From the NCBI GenBank assembly GCA_964474885.1, contig CAYYWO010000011.1:1-31687 (forward strand): DNA of 31,687 bases, in the 5' to 3' direction. This DNA comes from Candidatus Hadarchaeota archaeon (lineage in GTDB: Archaea; Hadarchaeota; Hadarchaeia; Hadarchaeales; JAWBSP01). The notes beneath the pieces were generated by a model. That model was not told where the DNA came from. It saw nothing but the letters and a program-made list of their open reading frames with translations, and did not search any database. The translations under genes were made by a program, and so were the position numbers. Shown piece by piece: positions 8,752 to 21,997 of the stretch (position 1 is its first letter; each line of letters begins with the position of its first letter).

Positions 8752-9210
8752 TTATTTCTCTTCCTTGAGTAACCTTAGGAAGTGTTTGCCGATATCTTTA
8801 ACGGTCAAAGCGCCTAGTAAACGCTGTTCCTTAACAACTGGCAAGTGTCGGAAACCGTGAGTGCTCATCAAGTCTATGGCTTTCTGTATAGTAGAGTCGG
8901 GGTCAACGGTAACTGGATGCGAAGTCATTATTTCTCTAGCTTTTTCAGCCTTGATCTTTGACATCTCTTTCGTTAGGGAAATACCAACGAATGCATGTTT
9001 TGATGGCTTCTTTAGTCCTTCGAGTACATCCTTTTCAGTTATTATTCCAATGAGCCTCCCCTTTTCTATGACCAGAAAGTAGTCATCACCTTGTTTAAGG
9101 AGTTTGTCAAGTAATTCCAGTATGGAAGTATCTGGATGGACTGTTGGTGGTTTTCTGTTCATGATTTCTTGAATTTTCGTGTCGACCAGTTTGGAAGCAG
9201 CCTCGGTCAT
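8752..9210 (-). CDS. CBS-pair (Bateman domain) protein
   Basis: Two CBS repeats: 'IMNRKPPTVHPD...LIGIITEKD' and 'IMTSHPVTVDPD...RHLPVV...LLGALTVKD'. Confidence 0.9.
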   Translation of the reverse strand: MTEAASKLVDTKIQEIMNRKPPTVHPDTSILELLDKLLKQGDDYFLVIEKGRLIGIITEKDVLEGLKKPSKHAFVGISLTKEMSKIKAEKAREIMTSHPVTVDPDSTIQKAIDLMSTHGFRHLPVVKEQRLLGALTVKDIGKHFLRLLKEEK

Positions 9211-9236
9211 TTTAAAATCTCTAAGAGAAAAATTAA

Positions 9237-9360
9237 GGGTTGGCGGTCACAGGGGCGGGGAAACACCCGGACTCGTCCGATCCCGGAAGTTAAGCCCGCC
9301 ACCGTCCTGGGTTGTACTCTGGTGCGCAAGCCCAGGGGAAGCCCGGGAAACCGCCAACCC
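9237..9360 (+). rRNA. rrf: 5S rRNA
   Basis: Terminal helix GGGTTGGCGG/CCGCCAACCC; conserved 'GAAACACCCGGACTCGTCCGATCCCGGAAGTTAAGCC'; TTTTAAAA about 20 nt upstream and T5 downstream. Confidence 0.95.
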
Positions 9361-9389
9361 TTTTTCAAAATTAAAAAAAGGTAATTGAT

Positions 9390-9464
9390 GCCCTGGTGGT
9401 GTAGCCCGGCCTAACATGGAGCCCTGTCGAGGCTCCGCCCCGGGTTCAAATCCCGGCCAGGGCG
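9390..9464 (+). tRNA. tRNA-Asp(GTC)
   Basis: Acceptor GCCCTGG/CCAGGGC with G73; anticodon arm GAGCC-CTGTCGA-GGCTC; GGTTCAAATCC. Confidence 0.95.
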
Positions 9465-9513
9465 CCTTTAGACGGTTTTTTAATGATTTTAGCGAGATAA
9501 CCCAATATTTTAG

Positions 9514-9587
9514 GGGCCCGTAGCGCAGTCTGGTAGCGCGTCGGCCTTTTAAGCCGGTGGTCGTGGGTTCGAATCCCACCGGGCCCG
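9514..9587 (+). tRNA. tRNA-Lys(TTT)
   Basis: Acceptor GGGCCCG/CGGGCCC with G73; anticodon arm TCGGC-CTTTTAA-GCCGG; GGTTCGAATCC. Confidence 0.95.
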
Positions 9588-9622
9588 CAAATGGTTTTTA
9601 AAGAGTAGCCGCTCAGAGATAT

Positions 9623-9877
9623 GTGAGCACCAAGAAGGAGAAGTTTACCGTGCTGGATCATGTTCTGGTGCCAAAGCATGAAATCATGACGGAGGAAGAG
9701 ATCGAGAAAGAGTTAGGAAAACTCGGATTGAAGCGCGAGGATCTTCCCCTACTCTTGGTTACGGATCCTGTCGCAAAGGCGATTGGGGCGAAGCCAGGTG
9801 ATGTCGTCAGGATTACAAGGGAAAGCCCCACCGCAGGGAAGACCATTGCTTATAGGCTGGTGGTGGAAGAGACGTGA
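9623..9877 (+). CDS. rpo5: DNA-directed RNA polymerase subunit Rpo5 (H)
   Basis: 'HVLVPKHEI', 'DPVAKAIGAKPGDVVRITRESPTAG..IAYRLV'; first gene of the rpo operon. Confidence 0.97.
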   Translation: MSTKKEKFTVLDHVLVPKHEIMTEEEIEKELGKLGLKREDLPLLLVTDPVAKAIGAKPGDVVRITRESPTAGKTIAYRLVVEET

Positions 9878-12800
9878 TGGATACGTGGCCACTTGTTGAG
9901 GCATTCATCAGGGAGAGGGGTGTTGTTAGACAGCACTTGGACTCATATAACGATTTCGTGCAACGCAGGTTGCAACTGATAGTTGATGAAGTTGGGGGAA
10001 TCGATCTAGATGTCCCTGAGGATATCAGGGTGAAATTCGGTAGAGTCAGGATAGGTCCACCGGTCTGGACCGAAGCGGAAGCTGCGAAGATCATAATGAC
10101 GCCTCAGTTAGCCCGAGTTAGGAATTTCACGTATCAAGCGCCCCTGATCATTGAAATGTCTGTGGTCAGAGATGGCTCCGAGAGCTATCCTGAAGAGGTC
10201 GTGGTGGGATACTTGCCCCTGATGGTGAAGTCCAAGTTTTGTTGTCTGCATGGAAAGTCCGCCGAAGAACTTGTTAAAGCTGGTGAAGATCCCTTAGATC
10301 CCGGCGGTTACTTCATAGTTAACGGTTCTGAGCGTGTGATAGTAGCACAGGAAGACTTGACACCCAACAAAATCTTAACTGAAAGGGATGAACGGACGGG
10401 AGTTGAAGTAGCAAAAGTTTTCTCAACCTATAGAGGATTCCGATCTATGACGACCGTTGAGAGAAGAAGAGACGGGCTCATGTACGTGAGGTACCCCGCC
10501 GTTCCGGGCCCCATTCCTCTGGTAATCCTGATGAGGGCTCTCGGGTTGATCTCAGACAGGGAGATAGTCGAGGCGATTTCTAGGGATCCTGAAATAATGA
10601 AGGAGCTTTATGAAAACCTGCAACAGGCGGCCGAGTTCAGAACAAGGGAGGATGCTTTAGACTTCATCGGCAAGAGAGTTGCTGTCGGTCAGCCGAAAAG
10701 CTACAGGCTCCAAAGGGCCGAAGAAGTGCTCGATAAATACTTCCTTCCACATCTCGGGATCACGCCGGATACAAGAAGAAAAAAGGCATATTACTTGGGT
10801 ATCATGGCAGCAAGGGCCGTGGAGCTTGCCTTAAAGAGAAGGGACATAGACGACAAGGACAATTACTCTAACAAGAGGCTTAGATTGGCTGGAGATCTGC
10901 TCGAGGCAATCTTCAGGCTCGCTTTTGCGAACATGCTGAAAGACATTAAATTCCAGCTTGAGAGGGCTTGGTCTAGGGGTAGGCAGTTAACGCCCTCCAT
11001 GGCTGTCAGGACAGATGTGTTAACCGAGAGATTGTTGCATTCGTTGGCAACGGGTAACTGGCCTGGTGGTAGAACGGGTATAAGCCAATTGCTGGACAGG
11101 ACCTGTTATGTTTCAACTCTTTCGCACCTGCGGAGGGTGGTCTCACCTTTGAGCAGAAGTCAACCTCACTTCGAAGCTAGGGATCTTCACCCTACCCACT
11201 GGGGGAGAATATGTCCCGTGGAAACCCCTGAAGGTCCGAACTGTGGCTTAGTCAAGAATCTGGCTCTGTTGGTTGAAATTACAACAGGTTCAGATCCAGA
11301 AGAGGTGATCAGCATTTTATCCGACTATGGGGTGGTCAGAGTTGAGAAGGGTAGTGAGCATCTGGGAAAGGTTCCTGTTTACGTGAACGGAAGTCTTGTT
11401 GGAGCAGTGTCTGATGGTGAGAAACTTGCGAGAGAGTTGAGGAAGGCTAGAAGAAGCGGGAGAATAAGTCCTCAGGTCAACATCACATATCGACCGGACA
11501 CCAATGAGGTTTCGATTACGACCGATGAAGGAAGGATTCGTAGACCTCTAATAGTGGTTGAAAACAGCAAACCGAAGGTAACGCCTGAAATCATCGAAAA
11601 GGTAAAGGCAGGGGAGCTATCTTGGAGCGATCTTGTCAGAATGGGGATAGTCGAGTATCTGGATCCTGAGGAGGAAGAAAATGCACAAATAGCAATCACT
11701 CTAGATCAGATAAACGAAGAGACTACACACCTTGAACTCCATCCGACGGCAATGTTTGGTGTATGTGCTTGTCTCGTGCCCTTCGCCGAGCACAATCAGT
11801 CTCCCAGAAACGTCTATGCGGCTAACATGTCCAAACAAGCGATAGGTGTGGGAGCGGTTAGTTTTCCCATCCGTACGGACACACGTGCCCACCTGCTCCA
11901 CTATCCCCAAGCCCCACTTGTTCAAACTAAGGCGACTAAAGTTGTAGGTTATAACAGGAGGCCTGCCGGTCAAAACCTCATCGTAGCGATCGCTTGTTAC
12001 GGAGGTTACAACATGGAAGATGCAATCATCGTCAACAAGGGATCCTTGGATCGTGGGATGGGAAGGAGCACATGTACACGTCTGTACGAAACCGAAGCAA
12101 TAAGGTATCCCGGAGGTCAGAAAGACAGAATTGAGGTTCCAAGCGAGGAAATAAGAGGTTTCGCAGATCCAGTTCACTATGCTCATTTGGGTGTCTTGGA
12201 TGGAATGGCGGAGTTGGAATCTGAGATGAAGGGAGAGGATGTGCTAGTAGGAAAAATAAGCCCTCCGAGATTCCAAGGAGAAATAGATGAGTTCGGAATA
12301 AGGACATCCATCCAAGAGCGTGAAACTTCAGTACGCATGCGTCCGACGGAGGAGGGTATTGTAGATCAAGCTCTGGTAACGATCAGTGGTGAAGGCAACA
12401 AATTTGTGAGAGTAAGGGTGAGAGAACTCAGGACACCGGAAATAGGGGATAAGTTCGCTTCTCGTCACGGACAGAAGGGAGTGATAGGCATGATCCTTGA
12501 TCAAGCAGACATGCCATTTACGGAGGAGGGGATAGTGCCAGATATTATTATCAATCCTCATGCGATTCCCTCTAGGATGTCCTTGGGTCAGCTGCTTGAG
12601 ATGGTGGCTGCGAAAGCAGGAGCATTAAGGGGTACCTTCATAGACGGCACACCGTTTGAGGGGGTTAAGGAGGAAGAATTAAGAAAATGGCTCCTGGAGC
12701 TCGGCTTCGATCCCAGAGGCAAGGAAATTCTCTATGATGGAGTGACTGGGGAGATGATTCCAGCAGAAATCTTTATAGGCCCCTGTTTCTATCAGAAATT

Positions 12801-13182
12801 ACACCACATGGCGGCAGAGAAACTGCATTCTAGGTCGAGAGGCCCGGTCCAGATTTTGACTCATCAACCTACAGAAGGAAGAGCAAGAGAGGGAGGGTTG
12901 AGATTCGGTGAAATGGAGAGAGACTGTTTGCTCGGTCACGGAGCTGCCATGTTGCTCAAAGACAGGTTGCTGTACGGCTCCGATAGGTACACCGCATATG
13001 TATGCGCCAAATGTGGCAATTTTGTAGCTTACAATCCCAGAGCGGATATCTACATCTGCCCGCTATGTGGAGAAGGGCCAGAGGTTTGTGCGGTGGAAAT
13101 TCCCTATACCTTTAAGGTGTTGCTCGATGAGCTGAGAGCTCTTTGTCTGAATCCGAGAATAAGGCTGAAGGAGAGGGTGTGA
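9874..13182 (+). CDS. rpo2: DNA-directed RNA polymerase subunit Rpo2 (B, unsplit)
   Basis: 'GGYFIVNGSERV', 'GDKFASRHGQKG', 'GGLRFGEMERD' and a C-terminal zinc finger. Start is GTG 9874 or ATG 9877. Confidence 0.98.
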   Translation: MMDTWPLVEAFIRERGVVRQHLDSYNDFVQRRLQLIVDEVGGIDLDVPEDIRVKFGRVRIGPPVWTEAEAAKIIMTPQLARVRNFTYQAPLIIEMSVVRDGSESYPEEVVVGYLPLMVKSKFCCLHGKSAEELVKAGEDPLDPGGYFIVNGSERVIVAQEDLTPNKILTERDERTGVEVAKVFSTYRGFRSMTTVERRRDGLMYVRYPAVPGPIPLVILMRALGLISDREIVEAISRDPEIMKELYENLQQAAEFRTREDALDFIGKRVAVGQPKSYRLQRAEEVLDKYFLPHLGITPDTRRKKAYYLGIMAARAVELALKRRDIDDKDNYSNKRLRLAGDLLEAIFRLAFANMLKDIKFQLERAWSRGRQLTPSMAVRTDVLTERLLHSLATGNWPGGRTGISQLLDRTCYVSTLSHLRRVVSPLSRSQPHFEARDLHPTHWGRICPVETPEGPNCGLVKNLALLVEITTGSDPEEVISILSDYGVVRVEKGSEHLGKVPVYVNGSLVGAVSDGEKLARELRKARRSGRISPQVNITYRPDTNEVSITTDEGRIRRPLIVVENSKPKVTPEIIEKVKAGELSWSDLVRMGIVEYLDPEEEENAQIAITLDQINEETTHLELHPTAMFGVCACLVPFAEHNQSPRNVYAANMSKQAIGVGAVSFPIRTDTRAHLLHYPQAPLVQTKATKVVGYNRRPAGQNLIVAIACYGGYNMEDAIIVNKGSLDRGMGRSTCTRLYETEAIRYPGGQKDRIEVPSEEIRGFADPVHYAHLGVLDGMAELESEMKGEDVLVGKISPPRFQGEIDEFGIRTSIQERETSVRMRPTEEGIVDQALVTISGEGNKFVRVRVRELRTPEIGDKFASRHGQKGVIGMILDQADMPFTEEGIVPDIIINPHAIPSRMSLGQLLEMVAAKAGALRGTFIDGTPFEGVKEEELRKWLLELGFDPRGKEILYDGVTGEMIPAEIFIGPCFYQKLHHMAAEKLHSRSRGPVQILTHQPTEGRAREGGLRFGEMERDCLLGHGAAMLLKDRLLYGSDRYTAYVCAKCGNFVAYNPRADIYICPLCGEGPEVCAVEIPYTFKVLLDELRALCLNPRIRLKERV

Positions 13183-13183
13183 G

Positions 13184-17247
<4,064 letters not shown>

Positions 17248-17248
<1 letters not shown>

Positions 17249-17673
17249 TGCGGATAAAATTAGGACCTGAAGAGATGAGGTACATTGCTCTTTTTGAGAC
17301 AATTACTTTCACACGTCCCAAAGATTGTTTGGTTGAGGAGAATGAAGTAACTTTTGTGGTGGATCAGCAGGATCTTGGAAGGTGTGTAGGTCGTGATGGT
17401 TGCAATATCAAGAAAATTCAAAACAGGATAGGCCGAGCTGTTCGGGTGGTAGGCTTCAGCGGAGACCTTGCGCAATTCATCAGAAACCTTCTTGCTCCCG
17501 CACAGATAGTCGGGATTAATCTAAGTGAAGACGGTAGGAAGGTTACAGTTAGACTGAAGCCGGGGAGCAAAGGTTTGGCGATGGGAGAGGGAAAAAGAAA
17601 GTTTAATCGGGCAAAGAAGCTACTGGAAAGGTTTTTTGGGGTAAGAGATATAATCCTAACTGGACCCAGGTAG
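17248..17673 (+). CDS. nusA: Archaeal NusA (KH-domain transcription factor)
   Basis: '[11 protein letters not shown]...KDC', KH-like 'VGRDG' and 'MGEG' loops; conserved position between rpl30e and rps12. Confidence 0.9.
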
Positions 17674-17677
17674 AATA

Positions 17678-18106
17678 ATGGGTAGAGGAGAATTTGCAGC
17701 TAGAAAACTGAGCAGAGATAGGAAGAGGTTTAGATGGAAAGATGAGGATTTCAAGAGGAGAGTGCTCAAGCTCAAACAAAAGCACGATCCCTTGGAAGGA
17801 GCACCTAGAGCAAAGGGCATAGTTCTTGAAAAAGTAGGAGTTGAGGCGAAACAGCCTAACTCAGCTATAAGGAAGTGCGTCAGGGTGCAGCTACTGAAGA
17901 ATGGAAAAGTTGTAACGGCTTTTGCCCCAGGAGATGGGGCAATAAACTTCATTGACGAACATGATGAGGTCATTATCGAAGGGATAGGTGGTGCGAAAGG
18001 GAGGGCAAAAGGTGATTTACCTGGAGTTAGGTATAAGGTAGTCATGGTGAACGGGGTCGATCTAGAGGAGGTCAGGATCGGGAAGAAGGAGAAACCTAAA
18101 CGATGA
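17678..18106 (+). CDS. rps12: 30S ribosomal protein S12 (uS12)
   Basis: '[17 protein letters not shown]', '[10 protein letters not shown]'. Confidence 0.98.
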   Translation: MGRGEFAARKLSRDRKRFRWKDEDFKRRVLKLKQKHDPLEGAPRAKGIVLEKVGVEAKQPNSAIRKCVRVQLLKNGKVVTAFAPGDGAINFIDEHDEVIIEGIGGAKGRAKGDLPGVRYKVVMVNGVDLEEVRIGKKEKPKR

Positions 18107-18717
18107 AAGCCCCCACCTTCCAGTATTTTGGAAAGTGGTCTCCTGAAGGGGTGGTCATAAGGGACAAAACTCTAGAGAGATATATTAAGCTCGAGGGATC
18201 ACCTACCCTGCGCTCGGGTGGGGTGTACTCGAAGAAACAGTTTGGGAGGGTCAACGTGCCAATTGTGGAGAGACTTATTAACAGAGTTATGCGGTCGGGT
18301 CCCGGTGATGGAAAGATAGGCGGGAGAGTAATTAGAGGAGCAAAAGCTTGTGGTAAGAAGTACAAGGCGTACAACATTGTGAAAAAAGCATTTGAACACA
18401 TTCACAAGGTAACAGGGCAAAACCCCCTTCAAGTTCTGGTGGATGCAATAGTCAATTGTGCTCCTCGAGAGGAAATAACTAGGATAACCTATGGTGGGAT
18501 CACATATCCGATCTCGGTCGATGTTTCTCCCTTGAGGAGAGTCGACATAGCACTGAAGAACATAGCCGCTGGGGCTTTTGCTGGCTCCTTCCGAAACAAA
18601 AAGCCCATATGGCAGTGCCTCGCCGAGGAGATAATCCTAGCATCGAAAGCAGACCCCAAGAGCTATGCATTCGCGAGGAAAGAGGAGATAGAAAGGATTG
18701 CAAAAGGTGCTCGCTAA
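18103..18717 (+). CDS. rps7: 30S ribosomal protein S7 (uS7)
   Basis: '[10 protein letters not shown]', '[18 protein letters not shown]', '[12 protein letters not shown]'. Confidence 0.97.
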   Translation: MKAPTFQYFGKWSPEGVVIRDKTLERYIKLEGSPTLRSGGVYSKKQFGRVNVPIVERLINRVMRSGPGDGKIGGRVIRGAKACGKKYKAYNIVKKAFEHIHKVTGQNPLQVLVDAIVNCAPREEITRITYGGITYPISVDVSPLRRVDIALKNIAAGAFAGSFRNKKPIWQCLAEEIILASKADPKSYAFARKEEIERIAKGAR

Positions 18718-18726
18718 TTTTTCAAT

Positions 18727-18800
18727 GGGCCCGTAGCTTAGTCTGGAAGAGCGACCGGCTCTTAACCGGTAGGTCGTGGGTTCGAATCCCACCGGGCCCG
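18727..18800 (+). tRNA. tRNA-Lys(CTT)
   Basis: Acceptor GGGCCCG/CGGGCCC with G73; anticodon arm ACCGG-CTCTTAA-CCGGT; GGTTCGAATCC. Confidence 0.95.
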
Positions 18801-20495
18801 TTTCCATAGTTTCACTTTTAGACTTCTGAACCTGTTGAGAGCACTTGCAAGTTCGAGCGCCCTAAACTCTGCGAAGTCTCCTTTGCCTAACACGTCCAGT
18901 CCTTTGTTCTTAATGTCTAATACTACTTTATTAACAATCTCGCCTATGGTTCTTTTCCCATCTACATATCTAGATAGGTATCTCAGTGCCGCAGCAAGCG
19001 CCCGTGTTTGACCGATTTCTACGAGCTGTTCAAGGGCGCTGAGATCTAGGGTTGATTTCCCGAGTTTAATGTGGTGAAGACCCTTTACAGTTATTTTGGT
19101 CTTCTCTTTGAGATCGGTGAAAGTTTCAGGGAGAATAACTCGAGGGGTAAGGGGAGGGAACGAACTTTCCACTTCTCGTTTTCTCTTTTCAGTACTTTCT
19201 TTAGATATTTGTTTGGCTTTTTGACCGAAATCATGTGGCTCGTAGTTGATCATGCATATAACGTGATCGGCAACCTCAAAGTATTCTCCAGATCCCCCCA
19301 TGACGAGCACAGTGGATACTCCAAGGTCCTCGTACAGCTGGCGTACTCTATCGATGAAGGGTACAATGGGCTCAAATTGGGTTGGGACAAGTTTTTGCAT
19401 CCTTGAGTCGCGGATCATAAAGTTCATTGCTGATGTGTCCTCATCTATCAGCAACACCTTGGCTCCGATTTCGAGTGCCTCGATGATGTTTGCAGCTTGT
19501 GAGGTACTGCCACTCGCGTTTTCGGTAGAAAAGTCCGATGTGGTTTTTCCAAGGGGCAAATCACGGATGAAAGGTGATATATCCACCGATTCGATGAAGC
19601 GTCCATCCTCGGCTCTTATTTTTATGGCGGTTGGATTCGTGACTACAAGTTCTCTACCATCCCCTGGGATATGGTTATAGATACCTAGCTCGATGGCTCT
19701 CAGTAGGGTAGTCTTACCGTGGTATCCACCTCCTACGATTAACGTAACACCTTTTGGGATACCCATACCTGTGACCTCCCCTCGATTCGGTAACTTTATA
19801 GTGACCCGTAAGGAAGGAGGGGACCGAAAAGGTATGGCTTTATCAGGGTCAAGAGGTTGGGGATCTATTCCGCTTGCTCGGGGGAGTATCGAACCGTCCG
19901 CAATGAAGGCGACTAGGCCTAACTCGTCAAGCTTAGATCTCAGGTAATCTGCATCCTCTGCCACTTCGATGTGCTGGTAGAGCTCTTTCTTATTCAGGTT
20001 TTCAAAAAACAGGGAAGAACGAACTATTCGAGGAATTTCTTCTAGAAACATCGATTTGGCATGAGAGGCAACAATTCTCCTGCCGACAGCTGGTAGCCCC
20101 ATCCCGAATCGGGCCTCAATGTACCTTTTGTTAATAATCATGCAGTTCCTTTCCAGGATCTCTTGACCAGGTTTTTGTATTGAAATGAGTCCACTATTTC
20201 CGCTTCCCCTTTTCCTCGAGTATCTCTTACAGGCTCTGAAGAACTGTCTAGTTAGGTAATCGCGAAGGGCGATCTCACGGCTTTTGTTTCTGTAAGTATC
20301 TTGAGGAAAATTGGCTTTTTGTTGGGGGACTCTTACTCGGACTCTTGAAGGTGGGGCGAAGGGATCTGATTGTACGTGCTCGATTGTCAAGATGTAATCA
20401 CAGAAATCGTAGGACCCCTTGAGCTTCTTGTAGCTCTTGTATCCCTTTCCATCGATCTGCTTTAGTATTCTCTTGAGTTCACTCTGGTCTCTCAT
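18762..20495 (-). CDS. Predicted ATPase of the ABC class (ABC_ATPase / MRB1590-like family)
   Basis: 'HVQSDPFAPPS', Walker A 'GGGYHGKTT', 'TENASGSTSQA', Walker B 'LLIDEDTSAMNFMIRD'. Confidence 0.88.
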   Translation of the reverse strand: MRDQSELKRILKQIDGKGYKSYKKLKGSYDFCDYILTIEHVQSDPFAPPSRVRVRVPQQKANFPQDTYRNKSREIALRDYLTRQFFRACKRYSRKRGSGNSGLISIQKPGQEILERNCMIINKRYIEARFGMGLPAVGRRIVASHAKSMFLEEIPRIVRSSLFFENLNKKELYQHIEVAEDADYLRSKLDELGLVAFIADGSILPRASGIDPQPLDPDKAIPFRSPPSLRVTIKLPNRGEVTGMGIPKGVTLIVGGGYHGKTTLLRAIELGIYNHIPGDGRELVVTNPTAIKIRAEDGRFIESVDISPFIRDLPLGKTTSDFSTENASGSTSQAANIIEALEIGAKVLLIDEDTSAMNFMIRDSRMQKLVPTQFEPIVPFIDRVRQLYEDLGVSTVLVMGGSGEYFEVADHVICMINYEPHDFGQKAKQISKESTEKRKREVESSFPPLTPRVILPETFTDLKEKTKITVKGLHHIKLGKSTLDLSALEQLVEIGQTRALAAALRYLSRYVDGKRTIGEIVNKVVLDIKNKGLDVLGKGDFAEFRALELASALNRFRSLKVKLWKRARWDSNPRPTG

Positions 20496-20539
20496 GCTCC
20501 TGATGAACTAAACAAACCATTTATAGTTTCTCATTCGTT

Positions 20540-21658
20540 TTGTTTTTAAGAATGGAAAGACCAAACTGGAAATACTTCCGCGAGATACGGGTGGCCAATG
20601 GGGCAGCTGAGGCAGTTTCAAAGAGGCTATTTGAAAGTGCAGACATTGTTTGCAGGCTGGGAGCGATCTCGGGCAACCGAGTTTTCTTGAATAATTACCC
20701 GATTGATAATCCGAGAACGGTACTGAATCCCAGCATCTTGGTTTCTGGCGAAGAAATTCGTTTATACCTTCGAGTCATCATTGGATACTACATGTATGTA
20801 TCAGGGATAGCAGAGACAACTGTGCCCCTCGAGGACGTGCTAAATCGAAATATAAGTGAAAACACGTACTCTGCCACTCTCTCTGTTTATCCATCTACAT
20901 CTTATGATCTTTGGGGGACCGAAGATCCTCGCGTATTTCAAATTAAGGATAAAGTAATATTGACCTATTGTGGTCGAACGATTAATTACTTCAATCCCGC
21001 ACTGAGACAAGAGCGAACTGTTCCAATGCTTGCAGTCAAAGAGCCGAACGAACCCAGCCATGGATGGGAGAAGAAGGCTTTCTTCAGGTTGCCCTCAAGA
21101 TGGAGAGGGCATGTTATCAGCGACAAGGATTCCTTTTTGGTTGAATCAGAGGGGCAACTCTTTCTCTTTCACCGGCCTCACTTAGATGATGAGGGACACT
21201 ACTTATTGGTTAGTCGTATTTCTCAAAAATTTGAGGAGCTAATTCAGAATGGGGTTAAGGAAATACAGGTTTCTGATCCCGTTCAAATCCTTTGGCCAGC
21301 TAAGTTCGAGGAGAAGATTGGTTGGGCAACCCCACCGATAAGACTCCGACCGAAAGAATATGTGGTACTCATTCACGCGGTTGGAAGGGAGATGAAAGCC
21401 TACAAGGTTATGGCAGTTCAGTTAGAGTTCGATCAAGAAATCAGCGTGAAAGCTGTGACACCTCGGTACATCATGGTTCCCCAGACACCCTATGAAGTCT
21501 TTGGTGACCGCCCCCACACTATTTTCCCCTGTGGTGTTTCGTGCTACCAAGACGATAAGTACCTGATCTCTTATGGCGCTGCAGATCATTTCGCAGCTAT
21601 TGGTGAGTTTAACCTCAATGATTTACTCGCAGAGCTGGACAAAGGTAGGATATTCTAG
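20540..21658 (+). CDS. GH130-family glycosidase/phosphorylase (beta-propeller)
   Basis: 'VLNPS', 'GTEDPRV', 'DKD', 'FHRP', 'KIGWATPP', 'IFPCG', 'YGAAD'. ATG 20552 is an alternative start. Confidence 0.8.
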   Translation: MFLRMERPNWKYFREIRVANGAAEAVSKRLFESADIVCRLGAISGNRVFLNNYPIDNPRTVLNPSILVSGEEIRLYLRVIIGYYMYVSGIAETTVPLEDVLNRNISENTYSATLSVYPSTSYDLWGTEDPRVFQIKDKVILTYCGRTINYFNPALRQERTVPMLAVKEPNEPSHGWEKKAFFRLPSRWRGHVISDKDSFLVESEGQLFLFHRPHLDDEGHYLLVSRISQKFEELIQNGVKEIQVSDPVQILWPAKFEEKIGWATPPIRLRPKEYVVLIHAVGREMKAYKVMAVQLEFDQEISVKAVTPRYIMVPQTPYEVFGDRPHTIFPCGVSCYQDDKYLISYGAADHFAAIGEFNLNDLLAELDKGRIF

Positions 21659-21794
21659 CTGAGCTTTTCGAACAGACTTTTTAAATAAGGACACTCAGTA
21701 CTGGGGCCTGAAAGCTCAAGCCGAACACTAGCAACTGTTTCATTTGGTGCTTCCTTTTCTTTTAGGTGTTATTTTTCGTTGTCTAGTTATTGAT

Positions 21795-21867
21795 AGCCCC
21801 GTGGTGTAGTGGTCAAGCATACGGGCCTTTGGAGCCCGTGACCCCGGTTCGAATCCGGGCGGGGCTA
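21795..21867 (+). tRNA. tRNA-Gln(TTG)
   Basis: Acceptor AGCCCCG/CGGGGCT with A73 (A1-U72); anticodon arm CGGGC-CTTTGGA-GCCCG. Confidence 0.95.
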
Positions 21868-21902
21868 CCGTATAAGCCACTATGTGTGTAAGAATTTGAG
21901 GT

Positions 21903-21995
21903 AGCCCCGTGGGGTAGACCCTAGCTCAGGGGCCCAAAGGTCAAGCCTAGCGGGCTCTGGACCCGCTGACCCCGGTTCGAATCCGGGCGGGGCTA
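21903..21995 (+). tRNA. tRNA-Gln(CTG) with a 20-nt D-loop intron
   Basis: Same acceptor and T arm as the adjacent tRNA-Gln; anticodon arm GCGGG-CTCTGGA-CCCGC; extra 20 nt between G15 and the D-loop GG. Confidence 0.92.
21918..21937 (+). other. Non-canonical tRNA intron (position 15/16), ACCCTAGCTCAGGGGCCCAA
   Basis: HBh' fold: central helix GGGT(21912-15)/GCCC(21932-35), bulges AG^A and AA^A, intron helix CCCT/AGGG. Removal restores the D-loop AGAGGTCAA. Confidence 0.8.
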
Positions 21996-21997
21996 CC

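Noticed and set aside
9136-9679. ORFs 9136..9384, 9179..9388, 9247..9579 and 9446..9679
   Set aside because: They are shadow translations over the 5S rRNA and tRNA genes; 'GFEP' is the antisense of T-arms.
21681-21743. Minus-strand 20-aa hydrophobic ORF MKQLLVFGLSFQAPVLSVLI
   Set aside because: It is very short, antisense to the likely tRNA promoter and leader, and has no independent support.
21917-21945. Alternative splice fold using GACC/GGTC as the BHB central helix
   Set aside because: Cutting there would delete the conserved D-loop GG, whereas the GGGT/GCCC fold restores a normal tRNA.
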